Part shown: piece by piece, positions 29,541-39,433 of the stretch
Numbering within the stretch: the stretch's first letter is position 1
Layout of the letters: each line of letters starts with the position of its first letter
From: a virus
Reading direction: 5' to 3' (one strand)
DNA: 64,000 bases
Virus record (IMG/VR): IMGVR_UViG_3300024324_000009
Span: 64,001-128,000 of that record
Program-made: the position numbers and the translations under genes
Notes under the pieces: generated by a model
The model's input: only the letters and a program-made list of their open reading frames with translations
Databases searched by the model: none
What the model was told of the DNA's origin: nothing

Positions 29541-30978
29541 TATTTTCCTCTACCAAAAAGCCATCTGATTCTTGTCCACGATTATTCATTACTTCTAATT
29601 TAGTTTTACCTTCGGTAATCTTTGCACACCAACCTTTCATGTTGCAGTTGATGTAGTCGTTATCGTCTAGTCCTCCACCATGACGACTAATAAGAGGAAC
29701 TAGCTTACGGTTGCCGTTGTCTGCACCATCTTCAGCAATCTCTTCAGACGACTTGCGTTTAAAGATACTGAAATTGCTACAGAGCCATACGATTCTATCT
29801 GAGCCGCTAGCCGTATCTGTGCTCTCTTTTGTTATACCGTCACGGTTTAGCTGAATAAATGCCATGATAGGTATTTTATATTTTGTTGCGAAGTTATGTA
29901 GTTGTGTCATCATAAATCCCAACAGTTGATACTCTTTCATATCCGCACTCATGCCTTGCGTATCCATCAATTTTAGGTAGTCATAGAAGATAACACAGTC
30001 TTTTGCTGTGCCGTCATCATTTAGTCCTACTTCTTTTACGATCCATCTACGCACAATAGACATTTGATCTTCAAAACTTTTACCAGCAATAGACTTATGA
30101 TAATACGGTGTCTTTTTAAGTTTAGCCATTGCTTCTATTATTTTTGTTTTGTTTGCGGGTGTGCCAGCAAACCTTCCGGTTTCTATATCATTTATCTCAA
30201 CCTCTGTCATCATAGCCAGAACACGATTGATATGGTCTTCTTTAGTCATTTCAGTATCCATATTTAATACTGGGATACCGAGTTCACTAGCTATATAAAA
30301 GCCCATATTGTCTGATAATAAAGTCTTACCAGTTTTTGGTCTAGCAGCAATCACGTTGACTGTGGACTTTCTTAGTCCCCCACCTATAGCCTGATCGTAT
30401 GCAGGGAAGCCAGTAGAAATACCTACTTGGTCAACTTTATTTTCTACAAGGTCTTTGACATACGCATCTATATCGCTTCCGATAGTTTCTGGTTTACCAT
30501 CAGAATCATTCAACACGTTCGTAAAATCAAAAACAGCATCTTCAGCTACAGCCAGAATAGAACCAATGCTCTCTGTGCCAGTGACATCCAACAGTTTGTC
30601 TCCAGCCCCTTCTAATTGTTTCTTTAGTAGTCTAGCTATTTCTAGTTTGCGAATTTTTGCTGCAAACTTTCTGACGTTATCCAGATTCACGGGGAAATCT
30701 ATTACGGCTTTGAGATGCTGAACCTCATCCTTTTTCTGAATAACTGCACCAAGAGTTAACTCTTCAGCAGCAGAAAAGATAGATGCCACATCAATAGATG
30801 TTTGTACCTCTTCTTTATCAAAAATAGTCTTCAGGCATTTAAACAGTATCACATTACTGTCTACAGTAAACGTAGATTCGGTTACAATGTCTGCTATATC
30901 TAACCAGCCGTCATGACCATACTTGCACAATCCTGCAAGCACTGCTCGTTCTGCTGATGTGTCGCTTAATACTAACAT
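29509..30978 (-). CDS. dnaB: Replicative DNA helicase
   Basis: AERAVLAG; AARPKTGKT; DTEM; FYDYLKLM; QLNR; SRHGG. Confidence 0.92.
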   Translation of the reverse strand: MLVLSDTSAERAVLAGLCKYGHDGWLDIADIVTESTFTVDSNVILFKCLKTIFDKEEVQTSIDVASIFSAAEELTLGAVIQKKDEVQHLKAVIDFPVNLDNVRKFAAKIRKLEIARLLKKQLEGAGDKLLDVTGTESIGSILAVAEDAVFDFTNVLNDSDGKPETIGSDIDAYVKDLVENKVDQVGISTGFPAYDQAIGGGLRKSTVNVIAARPKTGKTLLSDNMGFYIASELGIPVLNMDTEMTKEDHINRVLAMMTEVEINDIETGRFAGTPANKTKIIEAMAKLKKTPYYHKSIAGKSFEDQMSIVRRWIVKEVGLNDDGTAKDCVIFYDYLKLMDTQGMSADMKEYQLLGFMMTQLHNFATKYKIPIMAFIQLNRDGITKESTDTASGSDRIVWLCSNFSIFKRKSSEEIAEDGADNGNRKLVPLISRHGGGLDDNDYINCNMKGWCAKITEGKTKLEVMNNRGQESDGFLVEENNEDSEQIPFE

Positions 30979-31370
30979 TAACCACTACCCTTTGAGCATG
31001 AGTTGCATTTATATCTAGCTTCGCCCTCATATAACAGACTAGCACTGACTTCCTCTGATTTGCCGCATATACGACAAGTTGCTTTTACCATAGATACACT
31101 ACGATTTCTAGGAACAGGAGGATACTGTGATAGCTTTTTCTGCAATTCTGTATCCTGCTTGTGCAGTTTATTTTCCATCATTTCATCAAACTTATTATAG
31201 TGCTTGCCAGTTCTATACGAAGGTCCAGCATCCTTAATAGGAGTATTGGGATTGATCAGTGGGGAGACATCTGTTTTGACTGCCACTGCTTCTTCTTTGT
31301 CTTCTGGAAGCATGGCTTTTAACATGCCAATCATTTGCTTGATCTGTGCTGGACTTAATTCTTCAGCCAT
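30978..31370 (-). CDS. Hypothetical protein with C-terminal zinc ribbon
   Basis: ATCRICG..YKCNSC. Confidence 0.6.
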   Translation of the reverse strand: MAEELSPAQIKQMIGMLKAMLPEDKEEAVAVKTDVSPLINPNTPIKDAGPSYRTGKHYNKFDEMMENKLHKQDTELQKKLSQYPPVPRNRSVSMVKATCRICGKSEEVSASLLYEGEARYKCNSCSKGSG

Positions 31371-31851
31371 TTTTCACCATGCCCTTTGCTCTTTGAATGT
31401 TAATTAAAATATCCGATAGGTTTTTCAATGAACTAGACAAGTAAGTTAGTCTGTCTAGTCTCTGCGTTGCATACTTCTTTATCATGTTTAATTTGAATGC
31501 TTTCTCATTGTGTTTAATTGCTTGGTATGATTTTTCAAGATATCCGTATCCTTTGTAGCTGTTGATTTCATCAGCAATTACAATCTTGATTTCATCGTCA
31601 GCCCAATTAATTCTTGCCTGCTCACGGTTTATAGTTCGCTGTAGATGGAAACCAAATTGTCCAAGTCTAAAAGCGATCTCTGCACAGTGAGTTATATCCA
31701 TCTTTTCTAACACATCTCTCGTCATTGTCAAGTACTCATTTAATTCTTTTTCTGGTAGGCTATCGCCTTTATATGATGGCATACCTAGACCATGTTCATA
31801 TTCGTCTAGTACTGTATCCCAATATTCTATTTGTTCTTTAGCAGTTTTCAT
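31363..31851 (-). CDS. Helical hypothetical protein (possible recombination mediator)
   Basis: Coiled-coil-like sequence located between recA and dnaB; function inferred from position only. Confidence 0.45.
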   Translation of the reverse strand: MKTAKEQIEYWDTVLDEYEHGLGMPSYKGDSLPEKELNEYLTMTRDVLEKMDITHCAEIAFRLGQFGFHLQRTINREQARINWADDEIKIVIADEINSYKGYGYLEKSYQAIKHNEKAFKLNMIKKYATQRLDRLTYLSSSLKNLSDILINIQRAKGMVKNG

Positions 31852-32258
31852 CCTAATATCCTTTTACGCCATTGTTCTAAGTCTTCGCTGTATGGTAACT
31901 CAATATATTCTATTCCGTTTAATTCGCACCATTCTATTTTTTCTCTGTCTCGTTTCTTATGTTGTGCAAAATTCATTGGTGTTTGATGGAAGTGAGGTAT
32001 AAACTTATAGTGTTGTTCGCCATGAACCTCAATACACTTGCTATTAAGAGGTAGGAAAAAATCTAGATATACTCTCTGACCTTTCTTAATCGGTATTGTA
32101 ATCTCTTCACATATTTGTAAAGTAGGAAAACATTCTTTAATTAAATCTCTCGCTGCTGTATGATATTTTGACTTACCTGCCCTAGTTGCTCTAGAAAGAC
32201 CTTGTGCGATGTTCAATTTTATTTGGTTGCCATCTAGATCGTATACAGTTTTACTCAT
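31848..32258 (-). CDS. PD-(D/E)XK / DUF559-like endonuclease
   Basis: EEI..YLDFFLP..IEVHGEQHY..RD..K..WC. Confidence 0.75.
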   Translation of the reverse strand: MSKTVYDLDGNQIKLNIAQGLSRATRAGKSKYHTAARDLIKECFPTLQICEEITIPIKKGQRVYLDFFLPLNSKCIEVHGEQHYKFIPHFHQTPMNFAQHKKRDREKIEWCELNGIEYIELPYSEDLEQWRKRILG

Positions 32259-33270
32259 CTACTTCCAATCCTAGCATTGCCTTTAATTCTTTGTCTAATT
32301 GTTTGGCATGGTCAGGGTTTTCTAATAGATACAGCCGTACCTTCTCAGCACCTTGAAATTTAGGCTTGTCTTTAATAGACTCAAGCGTGTACCATGCACC
32401 ACCTTTTTTAATAACACCCAAGTCGCTGCATAATTCGACCAACTCAGACATCTTATCAATTCCTTGTCCATATCTTATAAAACTGATACTCTTTACTCCC
32501 GGTGGTCCAAGAGCAGAGGTGATCGTCTTCCAAGTGACTTTCTGGCCGACTTGTGGCCCTGTTGCAGGAATGTGCCATGCTTCTACTTTTTCAGCCCATA
32601 GCTTCACATCTGTCTGATATGCTACAGCTTGTCCTGATTTTTCTTTGAACTCTTTTCCATAGCCGGTAGGATTACCCATAAGATGAGTAATACCAATAAC
32701 AATATTCTTATTGACAGGAATAACATTGGCTACCTTTCTACAAAATTTAGCAAGCAATTTAGCACCGTCAGCCCTTTGCATTTTATTCATCTCAGAAGTT
32801 ATCTCTGCTTCTGTACAAAGTGCTGAATAAGAATCAATAATTAAAATAGAACCGGGAATCTCATTGATGATACGTTCTGCAATAGCAAGATATTCTTCAC
32901 CATGTAGAATCTTACCTTGTTGAGAGCCTACAATTTCAAACCTGTCTAAGTCTAGTCCTTCAATCCCTTTTAAATCCCGTTGCTTTAATCTACCTTCTAT
33001 GTTTAGGTAATACGCCTGTCTTGGTTTCTTTAGGTCTCCCTGATATTCTGGTCTGAGTGCTGTGGAGCAAAAGTCTAGAGACGATGTAGTCTTGCCGCAT
33101 TTAGGTTGTCCAGTGAAGATGATGAAACTACCTTCTGGTATTCCTCCTCCTAGACCCAAGTCTAAAGCTGGACTAACTGGTATAATAACTTGCTTTTGAT
33201 CGACGACAGCATTTGCTGACACTACAATTTCATCACCAAATTGTTTTTTAATATCTTCCTTTAATGCCAT
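32251..33270 (-). CDS. recA: RecA/UvsX-like recombinase
   Basis: LDLGLGGGIPEG; GQPKCGKTT; IIDSYSAL; GIDK..E; IKKGGAWY; FQG. Confidence 0.9.
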   Translation of the reverse strand: MALKEDIKKQFGDEIVVSANAVVDQKQVIIPVSPALDLGLGGGIPEGSFIIFTGQPKCGKTTSSLDFCSTALRPEYQGDLKKPRQAYYLNIEGRLKQRDLKGIEGLDLDRFEIVGSQQGKILHGEEYLAIAERIINEIPGSILIIDSYSALCTEAEITSEMNKMQRADGAKLLAKFCRKVANVIPVNKNIVIGITHLMGNPTGYGKEFKEKSGQAVAYQTDVKLWAEKVEAWHIPATGPQVGQKVTWKTITSALGPPGVKSISFIRYGQGIDKMSELVELCSDLGVIKKGGAWYTLESIKDKPKFQGAEKVRLYLLENPDHAKQLDKELKAMLGLEVDE

Positions 33271-33678
33271 TTAATCTAACTCCCTAAGTTTACTGATAAT
33301 GTTGTCTTTAGTCTTATGTTTTGTATAAGTTGGTTTTTCTATTCTCTCTATGTCCTTACGCATCTGTGTGTTCTGTGCTGCAAGTTTAACTTCTTCCTCT
33401 TCTATTATAGCCTTGAGGTGTGGTGCTCGCAAGGAAAAAATTCTTAGACCGGCATTAGTATTTAACGCATTAATTATCGCCCTTGGAGAAAACTGCTTAC
33501 ATAACCTATTTGCAGTTGGTATCTGATTCCTGAAGTATTTATTCCACTTGTCACTGAGCCAGAAACGATGGTGTAAATCTTGCTTTTCTTTTTTGGCTTT
33601 GCGTTCGCATATCATCTCTGTGATAAACTGAGCCGGTGTTATCTCTTTATTTTGAAAATATTTAGATGGGTATTTCAT
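33271..33678 (-). CDS. Hypothetical protein
   Basis: Basic ORF coupled between its neighbours. Confidence 0.6.
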   Translation of the reverse strand: MKYPSKYFQNKEITPAQFITEMICERKAKKEKQDLHHRFWLSDKWNKYFRNQIPTANRLCKQFSPRAIINALNTNAGLRIFSLRAPHLKAIIEEEEVKLAAQNTQMRKDIERIEKPTYTKHKTKDNIISKLRELD

Positions 33679-34115
33679 TATGCTTCGTTCGATTTCTTTT
33701 TTTCCAATTCTTTTTCTATATTAACATACGAAGCATCAAGAGATTTGTCAAGTGTTTCTATGAAATCTTTTGACAGATTTACTGGGTCTATTCCGGGCTT
33801 GACTACTACATGATAATCTACACTATTAATTTGCTGTATATTTGTTAACTCTGTACACTCATCATTCATGTGGTGTAACTCTGACTTGACATTAATAAAA
33901 AGATGTGTAATGCCTTCAGTAACAAATTCAGGATGAGCATCCCCATAATAGTATCCTGCTTCATCTATAGGGTTCTCACTTTGGTTTGTTCGACCGCTTG
34001 CTGCCGCTTCCATTTTTTTCTTTAGCCTATGATACTCTTCAATTTCTTCTGGGCTAATAAGTTCTAAAAAACTCTTAACTTCTTCGTCTATCTTTATTTC
34101 TTCTTCGTTCTTCAT
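33678..34115 (-). CDS. Hypothetical acidic protein
   Basis: GGAG RBS; coupled to the downstream gene. Confidence 0.55.
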   Translation of the reverse strand: MKNEEEIKIDEEVKSFLELISPEEIEEYHRLKKKMEAAASGRTNQSENPIDEAGYYYGDAHPEFVTEGITHLFINVKSELHHMNDECTELTNIQQINSVDYHVVVKPGIDPVNLSKDFIETLDKSLDASYVNIEKELEKKKSNEA

Positions 34116-34218
34116 TTCTGTTCTCCAATACTGCTAATATAAATGCTAGAACAACTCCTGCTGTTGCTAGCCAGACAAAAAATCTAATTAAAAATTCTAT
34201 CGCCGGTACGCCACCCAT
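34075..34218 (-). CDS. Small single-TM protein (47 aa, absent from the ORF track)
   Basis: MGGVPAIEFLIRFFVWLATAGVVLAFILAVLENRNEERRRNKDRRRS; its ATG overlaps the upstream TGA (TGATG) and it fills the gap. Confidence 0.55.
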   Translation of the reverse strand: MGGVPAIEFLIRFFVWLATAGVVLAFILAVLENRNEERRRNKDRRRS

Positions 34219-34562
34219 CATTCTGGCCTAAAAATAAAGCCGGAAGTATCTCTACTCTCTCCGGTTTCTTTAGCCTTTTTGACGGCTTCATCTGCCTGCA
34301 TAGACGCTGCTTCTGTCATTACAGAAACATTGCTCTTGCCACTTGCAGTATCATGACTCATCAAATCTCTAACACCTGTTACGGGAGCCTGCTTTGTTTT
34401 TACAGCAGATTCTTTTTGTGCTGGTTGAGGATGATGCTTTTTGACTACACCTCTAACTTGTGCAGGAGTAAGGCCTAGTTCTTCAGAAACCTGCGAAGTA
34501 GTTTTCCCTTCACTGATCAAGTGCAAAACAGCATACGTTTGTGTCTGTGTAATCTTTGCCAT
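34218..34562 (-). CDS. Helix-turn-helix DNA-binding protein
   Basis: GKTTSQVSEELGLTPAQVRGVV. Confidence 0.6.
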   Translation of the reverse strand: MAKITQTQTYAVLHLISEGKTTSQVSEELGLTPAQVRGVVKKHHPQPAQKESAVKTKQAPVTGVRDLMSHDTASGKSNVSVMTEAASMQADEAVKKAKETGESRDTSGFIFRPE

Positions 34563-34963
34563 TATTCTATCTCTCTTTCTGCGTTAAGTAAAAATGCTTT
34601 GTTCCTAGTCTTTAAAAAATCAATATACATTGTGAAGGCTTTAAGATTTACTTCCCTGAATCTGTCATTAGAACGGCACACCCGATCCAAAAAGTCCTCG
34701 TCTTCTTTCATTCCATAGATACTTAGAGCATCAAATAGCTTTCCTGTCTGTGCAGTTTTAACCAAATATTTGTTGCTACCGTCTTTCCTGATCATTGTTT
34801 TAGCATACACCCTATTGTCGTCCGACTCTCTACGTGGATAGTCGTCCTGATCATTAAAGTCCTGATGACCTGCCATCGTATAAAAAGCCACACCCTTTTC
34901 AGTGTTTTCTTTTCTGATAGTTTTCTGTTCTTTGTATACGCTTTTTGGGTTAAATATTGACAT
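34562..34963 (-). CDS. Hypothetical protein
   Basis: AGGAG RBS; coupled ORF. Confidence 0.6.
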   Translation of the reverse strand: MSIFNPKSVYKEQKTIRKENTEKGVAFYTMAGHQDFNDQDDYPRRESDDNRVYAKTMIRKDGSNKYLVKTAQTGKLFDALSIYGMKEDEDFLDRVCRSNDRFREVNLKAFTMYIDFLKTRNKAFLLNAEREIE

Positions 34964-34971
34964 ATGTTCTC

Positions 34972-35340
34972 CTAGTCTTTAGTCCATTTAGTTTTAGTTT
35001 TGGGTCTTTCTATCCTGCTCATGCCTGCTGGCAACTGTTCATCTAGTACTTTCCTAGCGTCTTCTTTTTGTTTCTGGTCATAATGCTTGGCTTCAATGGA
35101 TTGCTTTTTGTCTTCGCTAAACCTTCTGCCATTACGCTCTGCTAGATGACCTAATGTAATTTCACTGTCTCCCTTTATTACACTGACTAAAGGCAGATCG
35201 TCTTCATATGAACGACACACATGCTTTTTCTTTTTACATTTAGGACAATCTGGTTGACTATCATATTCTGAGATTGATACAGTCAACTCAAAGTAAATGT
35301 TGCAATTTTTGTCTTCGCAGCAATATGTATATGTTGGCAT
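34972..35340 (-). CDS. FmdB-family zinc ribbon protein
   Basis: MPTYTYCC..C..YFE..CPKC. Confidence 0.8.
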   Translation of the reverse strand: MPTYTYCCEDKNCNIYFELTVSISEYDSQPDCPKCKKKKHVCRSYEDDLPLVSVIKGDSEITLGHLAERNGRRFSEDKKQSIEAKHYDQKQKEDARKVLDEQLPAGMSRIERPKTKTKWTKD

Positions 35341-35341
35341 C

Positions 35342-35923
35342 CTATAAGTAACCTTTGAGATAATTGTTCCATTGACTTGGTATCCTATCCTTTATTATAT
35401 GCAGTTCATGGGTGATTGGCAAGTACCTATTTGATTTTTTTGGACGAACTGGCTTTTTACGCAGTTTTAAGTCTGTTTGATTTAACATTTTATTAGATTT
35501 TCTGCGATTGCATTTTATGCAGCAGGTTACGATATTTTCCCAAACAGTAGGAGAACTTGATTCTTCCCATTTGGACTTAGGAATAACATGGTCGTAAGTT
35601 AATTGATTTACACTTGGTAAGGCCCCACAGTATTGACAGCTATAATCATCTCTAATAAATATATTTTTTCTAGAAAAAACAACATGGTGAGTATTATATA
35701 TATTAAAATACTTAGCTGTTTTAATAACAGAAGGGACTTGAACAGTGTTCTTGGTGCCTTGTATAAAATCATCAGTATAATATTCTATAATTTCAATAGA
35801 AGGCTTTTCATGCATAGAATACTGATATTCCCAAACGATGGCTTTTCTCCAACTGATAATGCCAATCGGAGAAAAGTCAGCATTTAATATTAAGCACTTT
35901 TTATGATCTTCTATTGTTTTCAT
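35342..35923 (-). CDS. HNH endonuclease (McrA-like)
   Basis: LILNADF.P; RKNIFIRDDYSCQYCG; TYDHVIP; WENIVTCCIKCNRRK. Confidence 0.9.
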   Translation of the reverse strand: MKTIEDHKKCLILNADFSPIGIISWRKAIVWEYQYSMHEKPSIEIIEYYTDDFIQGTKNTVQVPSVIKTAKYFNIYNTHHVVFSRKNIFIRDDYSCQYCGALPSVNQLTYDHVIPKSKWEESSSPTVWENIVTCCIKCNRRKSNKMLNQTDLKLRKKPVRPKKSNRYLPITHELHIIKDRIPSQWNNYLKGYL

Positions 35924-36617
35924 GATTAGATAGCCTATCTACAATATCAGCGATAATTGGATTTCTAACTATATCTATGTCTTCTAGTCTTTGACATCCT
36001 ACGCCATAAACATCTTCTAGTATATCAGACAGTGCATAAAAACCACCTTGTTGCTGCCTCATAAGATCAGACTGCTCTACGTCTCCCGTTAAGATCATTT
36101 TGCTATCCATGCCAATTCTAGTCAACAGCATTTTAAGTTGGTCGTAGGATGCATTCTGGCACTCGTCAGCTATGATAAAAGCATTGTGGAAGCTACGACC
36201 CCTCATTAAAGCTAGAGGTACAACTTCAAGTTTTTTCTTGGCTTTTAGCATACCTATATGAGTAGGCATTAAAAAGTGACTTAGTTCATCAAACAAGGGA
36301 AGTAGATAGGGGTGCAGCTTCTCTTCTGCTGTTCCCGGTAAGAAGCCTAGTTTTTCTCCAGCTTCTACTACTGGTCTAGTAATAACTATTCTTTCAACTT
36401 TCATATCTAATAGATATTCTAAGGCCATTCCTACTGCAATATGAGTCTTACCAGTACCTGCTGCACCTTGGCAAAAAGTAATAGTATTCTCAGCTACAGA
36501 ACGAATATAATCTTTCTGATTAATTGTTTTAGGTTTTAACCTGTTTTTAAATCCAACAATAATCTCTTCAGGCTTTTCAAGCCTGTTAGTACCAGTGTTC
36601 TTTTTTTTCTTTCGCAA
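35901..36617 (-). CDS. phoH: PhoH family ATPase
   Basis: GAAGTGKT; ITRPVVEAGEKLGFLPG; MRGRSF; DECQN; GDVEQSD; DIVRNP. Probable TTG start at 36617 with a GAGG RBS. Confidence 0.93.
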   Translation of the reverse strand: MRKKKKNTGTNRLEKPEEIIVGFKNRLKPKTINQKDYIRSVAENTITFCQGAAGTGKTHIAVGMALEYLLDMKVERIVITRPVVEAGEKLGFLPGTAEEKLHPYLLPLFDELSHFLMPTHIGMLKAKKKLEVVPLALMRGRSFHNAFIIADECQNASYDQLKMLLTRIGMDSKMILTGDVEQSDLMRQQQGGFYALSDILEDVYGVGCQRLEDIDIVRNPIIADIVDRLSNHENNRRS

Positions 36618-36646
36618 AATAATACCTCTCGGTAAAGGGTTAGAGT

Positions 36647-38848
36647 TTAAATTAGACAAGCACCTCCTGCACAACTAATTTCCTCTATTCCTGTCGTATT
36701 ATCCTCTGTTTCTAAGAGTTGTGTATAATCAACTTTAATAAAACTGTCGTAAAGGTCTTTATACCTTTTCCAGTTATATACGTCTTTCATACAGTATGTT
36801 AGACGTTTTTCATCGCCGTCAAAATAGCTGGCGGCAAATCTATGCATCTTTACAGCAAAAAGTTTTTTATCATCAGGGTCACTATCAGCTTCTTGCTTCA
36901 AAGTAATATAGTCACATGCGGCCCATAAATTTAAATCAAAAGCATTCAGGCCTAATTCGATTAAACCAGAACACCATAAGGCAGCATCGCCATATTCTTT
37001 CACAATCTCTCTAGGAGTATAGACTGTAGTAAATGGTGCTTGAGGATAATCCTTGTCACCACTCTGAGGAATCAAACTAATTCCAGCAAAGAACTTTCTA
37101 TTATTATATATATATTTAGTTACGGATTCCCATTCTTCGGGCTTTACAGTAACAGTGTTGCTGACGTTGTGACTAAGAAAGTCCTGTGTACATAACGATC
37201 TATTTTTACCAGATTGTACCCAGTTTCTTTGAGCGTCTTTTACAACACCCAGCATTTCTACAGCAGGTAACTGATTCTTTAGCTTAGAACCGTCAGGAAC
37301 TTCTATAGGGAATTTTACAACCTCATCTGTATCATTAGCAGACCAAGAAGATTTTTCGCAGGCCTGTGGGTTATAACTCTTAAAGTGTTGAAAAGGGGCT
37401 TCCAGAATATTCGCTTGTACATGTCTAATGTATCTCTTAGCATGGTGAGGATGAATACCGGAACTTGTACCAAGCATAGAACTTGAGGTTCCTTCTGGTT
37501 TCAAGCAAGTTACTCTAGCTGCCTGATTAATATTAATTATTTTAGCAATCTCTTTGTTTGTATCAACAGCAATCTTAGCACCTTTTTTGAGTACTTTCTC
37601 TGTCAATACTAAATCATGTTTTTCCATTATTCCTGTTAAAGAGACACCTAGCAATGCTTCTCTTTCAAAGATAGCATTGGTGACATCACCTAGATATTCT
37701 AGGTTTGTAAAGCCTGCTTGCAGAGTTCCAATAATAGCAGCAGCCCGACATCTTTCGTAAAAGTCTTCTTCGTCTACTACAGAAGAGCAATTAATCGTAG
37801 AAAGATTACAACCTTGCCAACCAGACTTACCTGTTTTCTCATCTACAGGCCACATGCCTACTTCTACGCATGGGTTAAATGTCATCTCTGTGGAGTCGCT
37901 CCAGATAAATCCGGGTTCACCGAACTCTTTGACTGAATCCATCAGATTCTTAAATTGTTCGTATGTAGTCTCGTCTTTCAGAAGTAGAGCGGAGTTGTTA
38001 CTTCTGGCTCGCTGTGGATTATCTATGTACCAGTTGCCCGTTTTGGCTTTAGCCATTTCTTCATCATCTGCACTAAATAGTGCTAAGGACGCACTTCTGC
38101 GAACACCACCAGATAGTACAGCATCGCTTGAGTGCATAATAATATCATAAGCATCAATCGGTCTGAGTTTTTTGGTCTTATTTTCAACGCATTTCTCCAA
38201 CAGCTCTCTAATTTTTTCTAAGCCATTTTGTAGAGGCTCGAAACCGGGAGCCTTACCTACGCCGGAAGAAAGCACAGCACCTTTCTCACGAATGTTACTG
38301 TAATCAAAGACAATGTACTGATCCTTATATTCTTTAAATTTTTCATCTGTAGGCTTAGTAAAGTACGAACTAAGCAACACGCCTAAAGCATCAGACCAGC
38401 CTTCGATACTATCTTCTATTTTATACTTTACACCTTTTCGCTTATCTTTTTTAGTTTGTATCAATGAAGGAAGTTTAGCTACGTGATGCTTTTGGACACT
38501 AAAGCCCGTTCCGCTACCGCATAATAACAGCCAGAAACATTCTTGAAAGAATCTTGGACGATCACAATAAGAACTGGTACAGTTATAGATTTTGGCATGT
38601 CGTTTTAATATAGGGTCTCCACCGAACTGCAATGCTCTTTGACTGCCTAGCACTTTCTTTTTATGCATCATACTATAAGCCCAGTTGATTTGATCTGCTA
38701 GGCTTTCTATGCTTCCATATTGAGTATGCATCATTCCTTGTACACGCTCTACTGCTTCTTTCCAAGTCTCTCTTCTGTTTTCTGATTCTACCCAACGTGC
38801 GTACTTGCTAACAAAAGTATAGTTCTGTAATTCATTTAACGCCGACAT
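36647..38848 (-). CDS. nrdJ: Class II (adenosylcobalamin-dependent) ribonucleotide reductase
   Basis: YNC; GGVRRSA; GEPG; NPCVE; CNL; TCLKPEGT; C-terminal CAGGAC; no adjacent beta subunit. Confidence 0.88.
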   Translation of the reverse strand: MSALNELQNYTFVSKYARWVESENRRETWKEAVERVQGMMHTQYGSIESLADQINWAYSMMHKKKVLGSQRALQFGGDPILKRHAKIYNCTSSYCDRPRFFQECFWLLLCGSGTGFSVQKHHVAKLPSLIQTKKDKRKGVKYKIEDSIEGWSDALGVLLSSYFTKPTDEKFKEYKDQYIVFDYSNIREKGAVLSSGVGKAPGFEPLQNGLEKIRELLEKCVENKTKKLRPIDAYDIIMHSSDAVLSGGVRRSASLALFSADDEEMAKAKTGNWYIDNPQRARSNNSALLLKDETTYEQFKNLMDSVKEFGEPGFIWSDSTEMTFNPCVEVGMWPVDEKTGKSGWQGCNLSTINCSSVVDEEDFYERCRAAAIIGTLQAGFTNLEYLGDVTNAIFEREALLGVSLTGIMEKHDLVLTEKVLKKGAKIAVDTNKEIAKIININQAARVTCLKPEGTSSSMLGTSSGIHPHHAKRYIRHVQANILEAPFQHFKSYNPQACEKSSWSANDTDEVVKFPIEVPDGSKLKNQLPAVEMLGVVKDAQRNWVQSGKNRSLCTQDFLSHNVSNTVTVKPEEWESVTKYIYNNRKFFAGISLIPQSGDKDYPQAPFTTVYTPREIVKEYGDAALWCSGLIELGLNAFDLNLWAACDYITLKQEADSDPDDKKLFAVKMHRFAASYFDGDEKRLTYCMKDVYNWKRYKDLYDSFIKVDYTQLLETEDNTTGIEEISCAGGACLI

Positions 38849-38907
38849 TGCATCTCCTGATCAAAATGAAAGTATAATAAATTATTTGTTTGTCCTTGTG
38901 ATATCAC

Positions 38908-39366
38908 TTATATACACCGCTTTAACCAAGATATATCTGCTTCTTTATATAAAATTTTCATTCCAGAATTTTTTATAAAAAAATCAAAACGATTTTTGGC
39001 TTCTTCGTCAAATAAATGTGTACCATGATTTTTTGCCATAACTACGGTTTCTACGCCTTCTTGCCAAAGGGCCATAATACAGTCGTTACAACATTGTCCG
39101 GTCACATAAGCAATTCCTTTATCTGGTCTAATTACACAGTTTGAGAGTGCATTTCTTTCAGCATGAATCATCCACGGATACTTCTCAGGACGAGTAGTAG
39201 GCAGAGATGAGTCATCCATTCCTCTAGGGAATCCATTGTATCCTACTCCTATAATTCTATGATCAGCATCTGTAATGACACAACCGTGTTGAGTTTCAGT
39301 ATCGTGACTCCGTTGAGCCACAACCTGTGCTATTCCTAAAAAATAATCATCCCACTCTGGTCGCAT
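38908..39366 (-). CDS. dCMP deaminase
   Basis: WDDYFL; GYNG; HAERNA; QCCNDC. Confidence 0.9.
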   Translation of the reverse strand: MRPEWDDYFLGIAQVVAQRSHDTETQHGCVITDADHRIIGVGYNGFPRGMDDSSLPTTRPEKYPWMIHAERNALSNCVIRPDKGIAYVTGQCCNDCIMALWQEGVETVVMAKNHGTHLFDEEAKNRFDFFIKNSGMKILYKEADISWLKRCI

Positions 39367-39405
39367 CTTTATTTTACCTATTTTGAAAAGAGTTAGTACC
39401 TACCT

Positions 39406-39433
39406 ATTATAGTTAAAATCGTTATGAAGTCAA
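39406..39433 (-). promoter_or_regulatory. Sigma70-type promoter TTGACT-N16-TATAAT
   Basis: cTTGACTtcataacgattttaacTATAAT; the -35 overlaps the TGA of the upstream gene. Confidence 0.7.
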
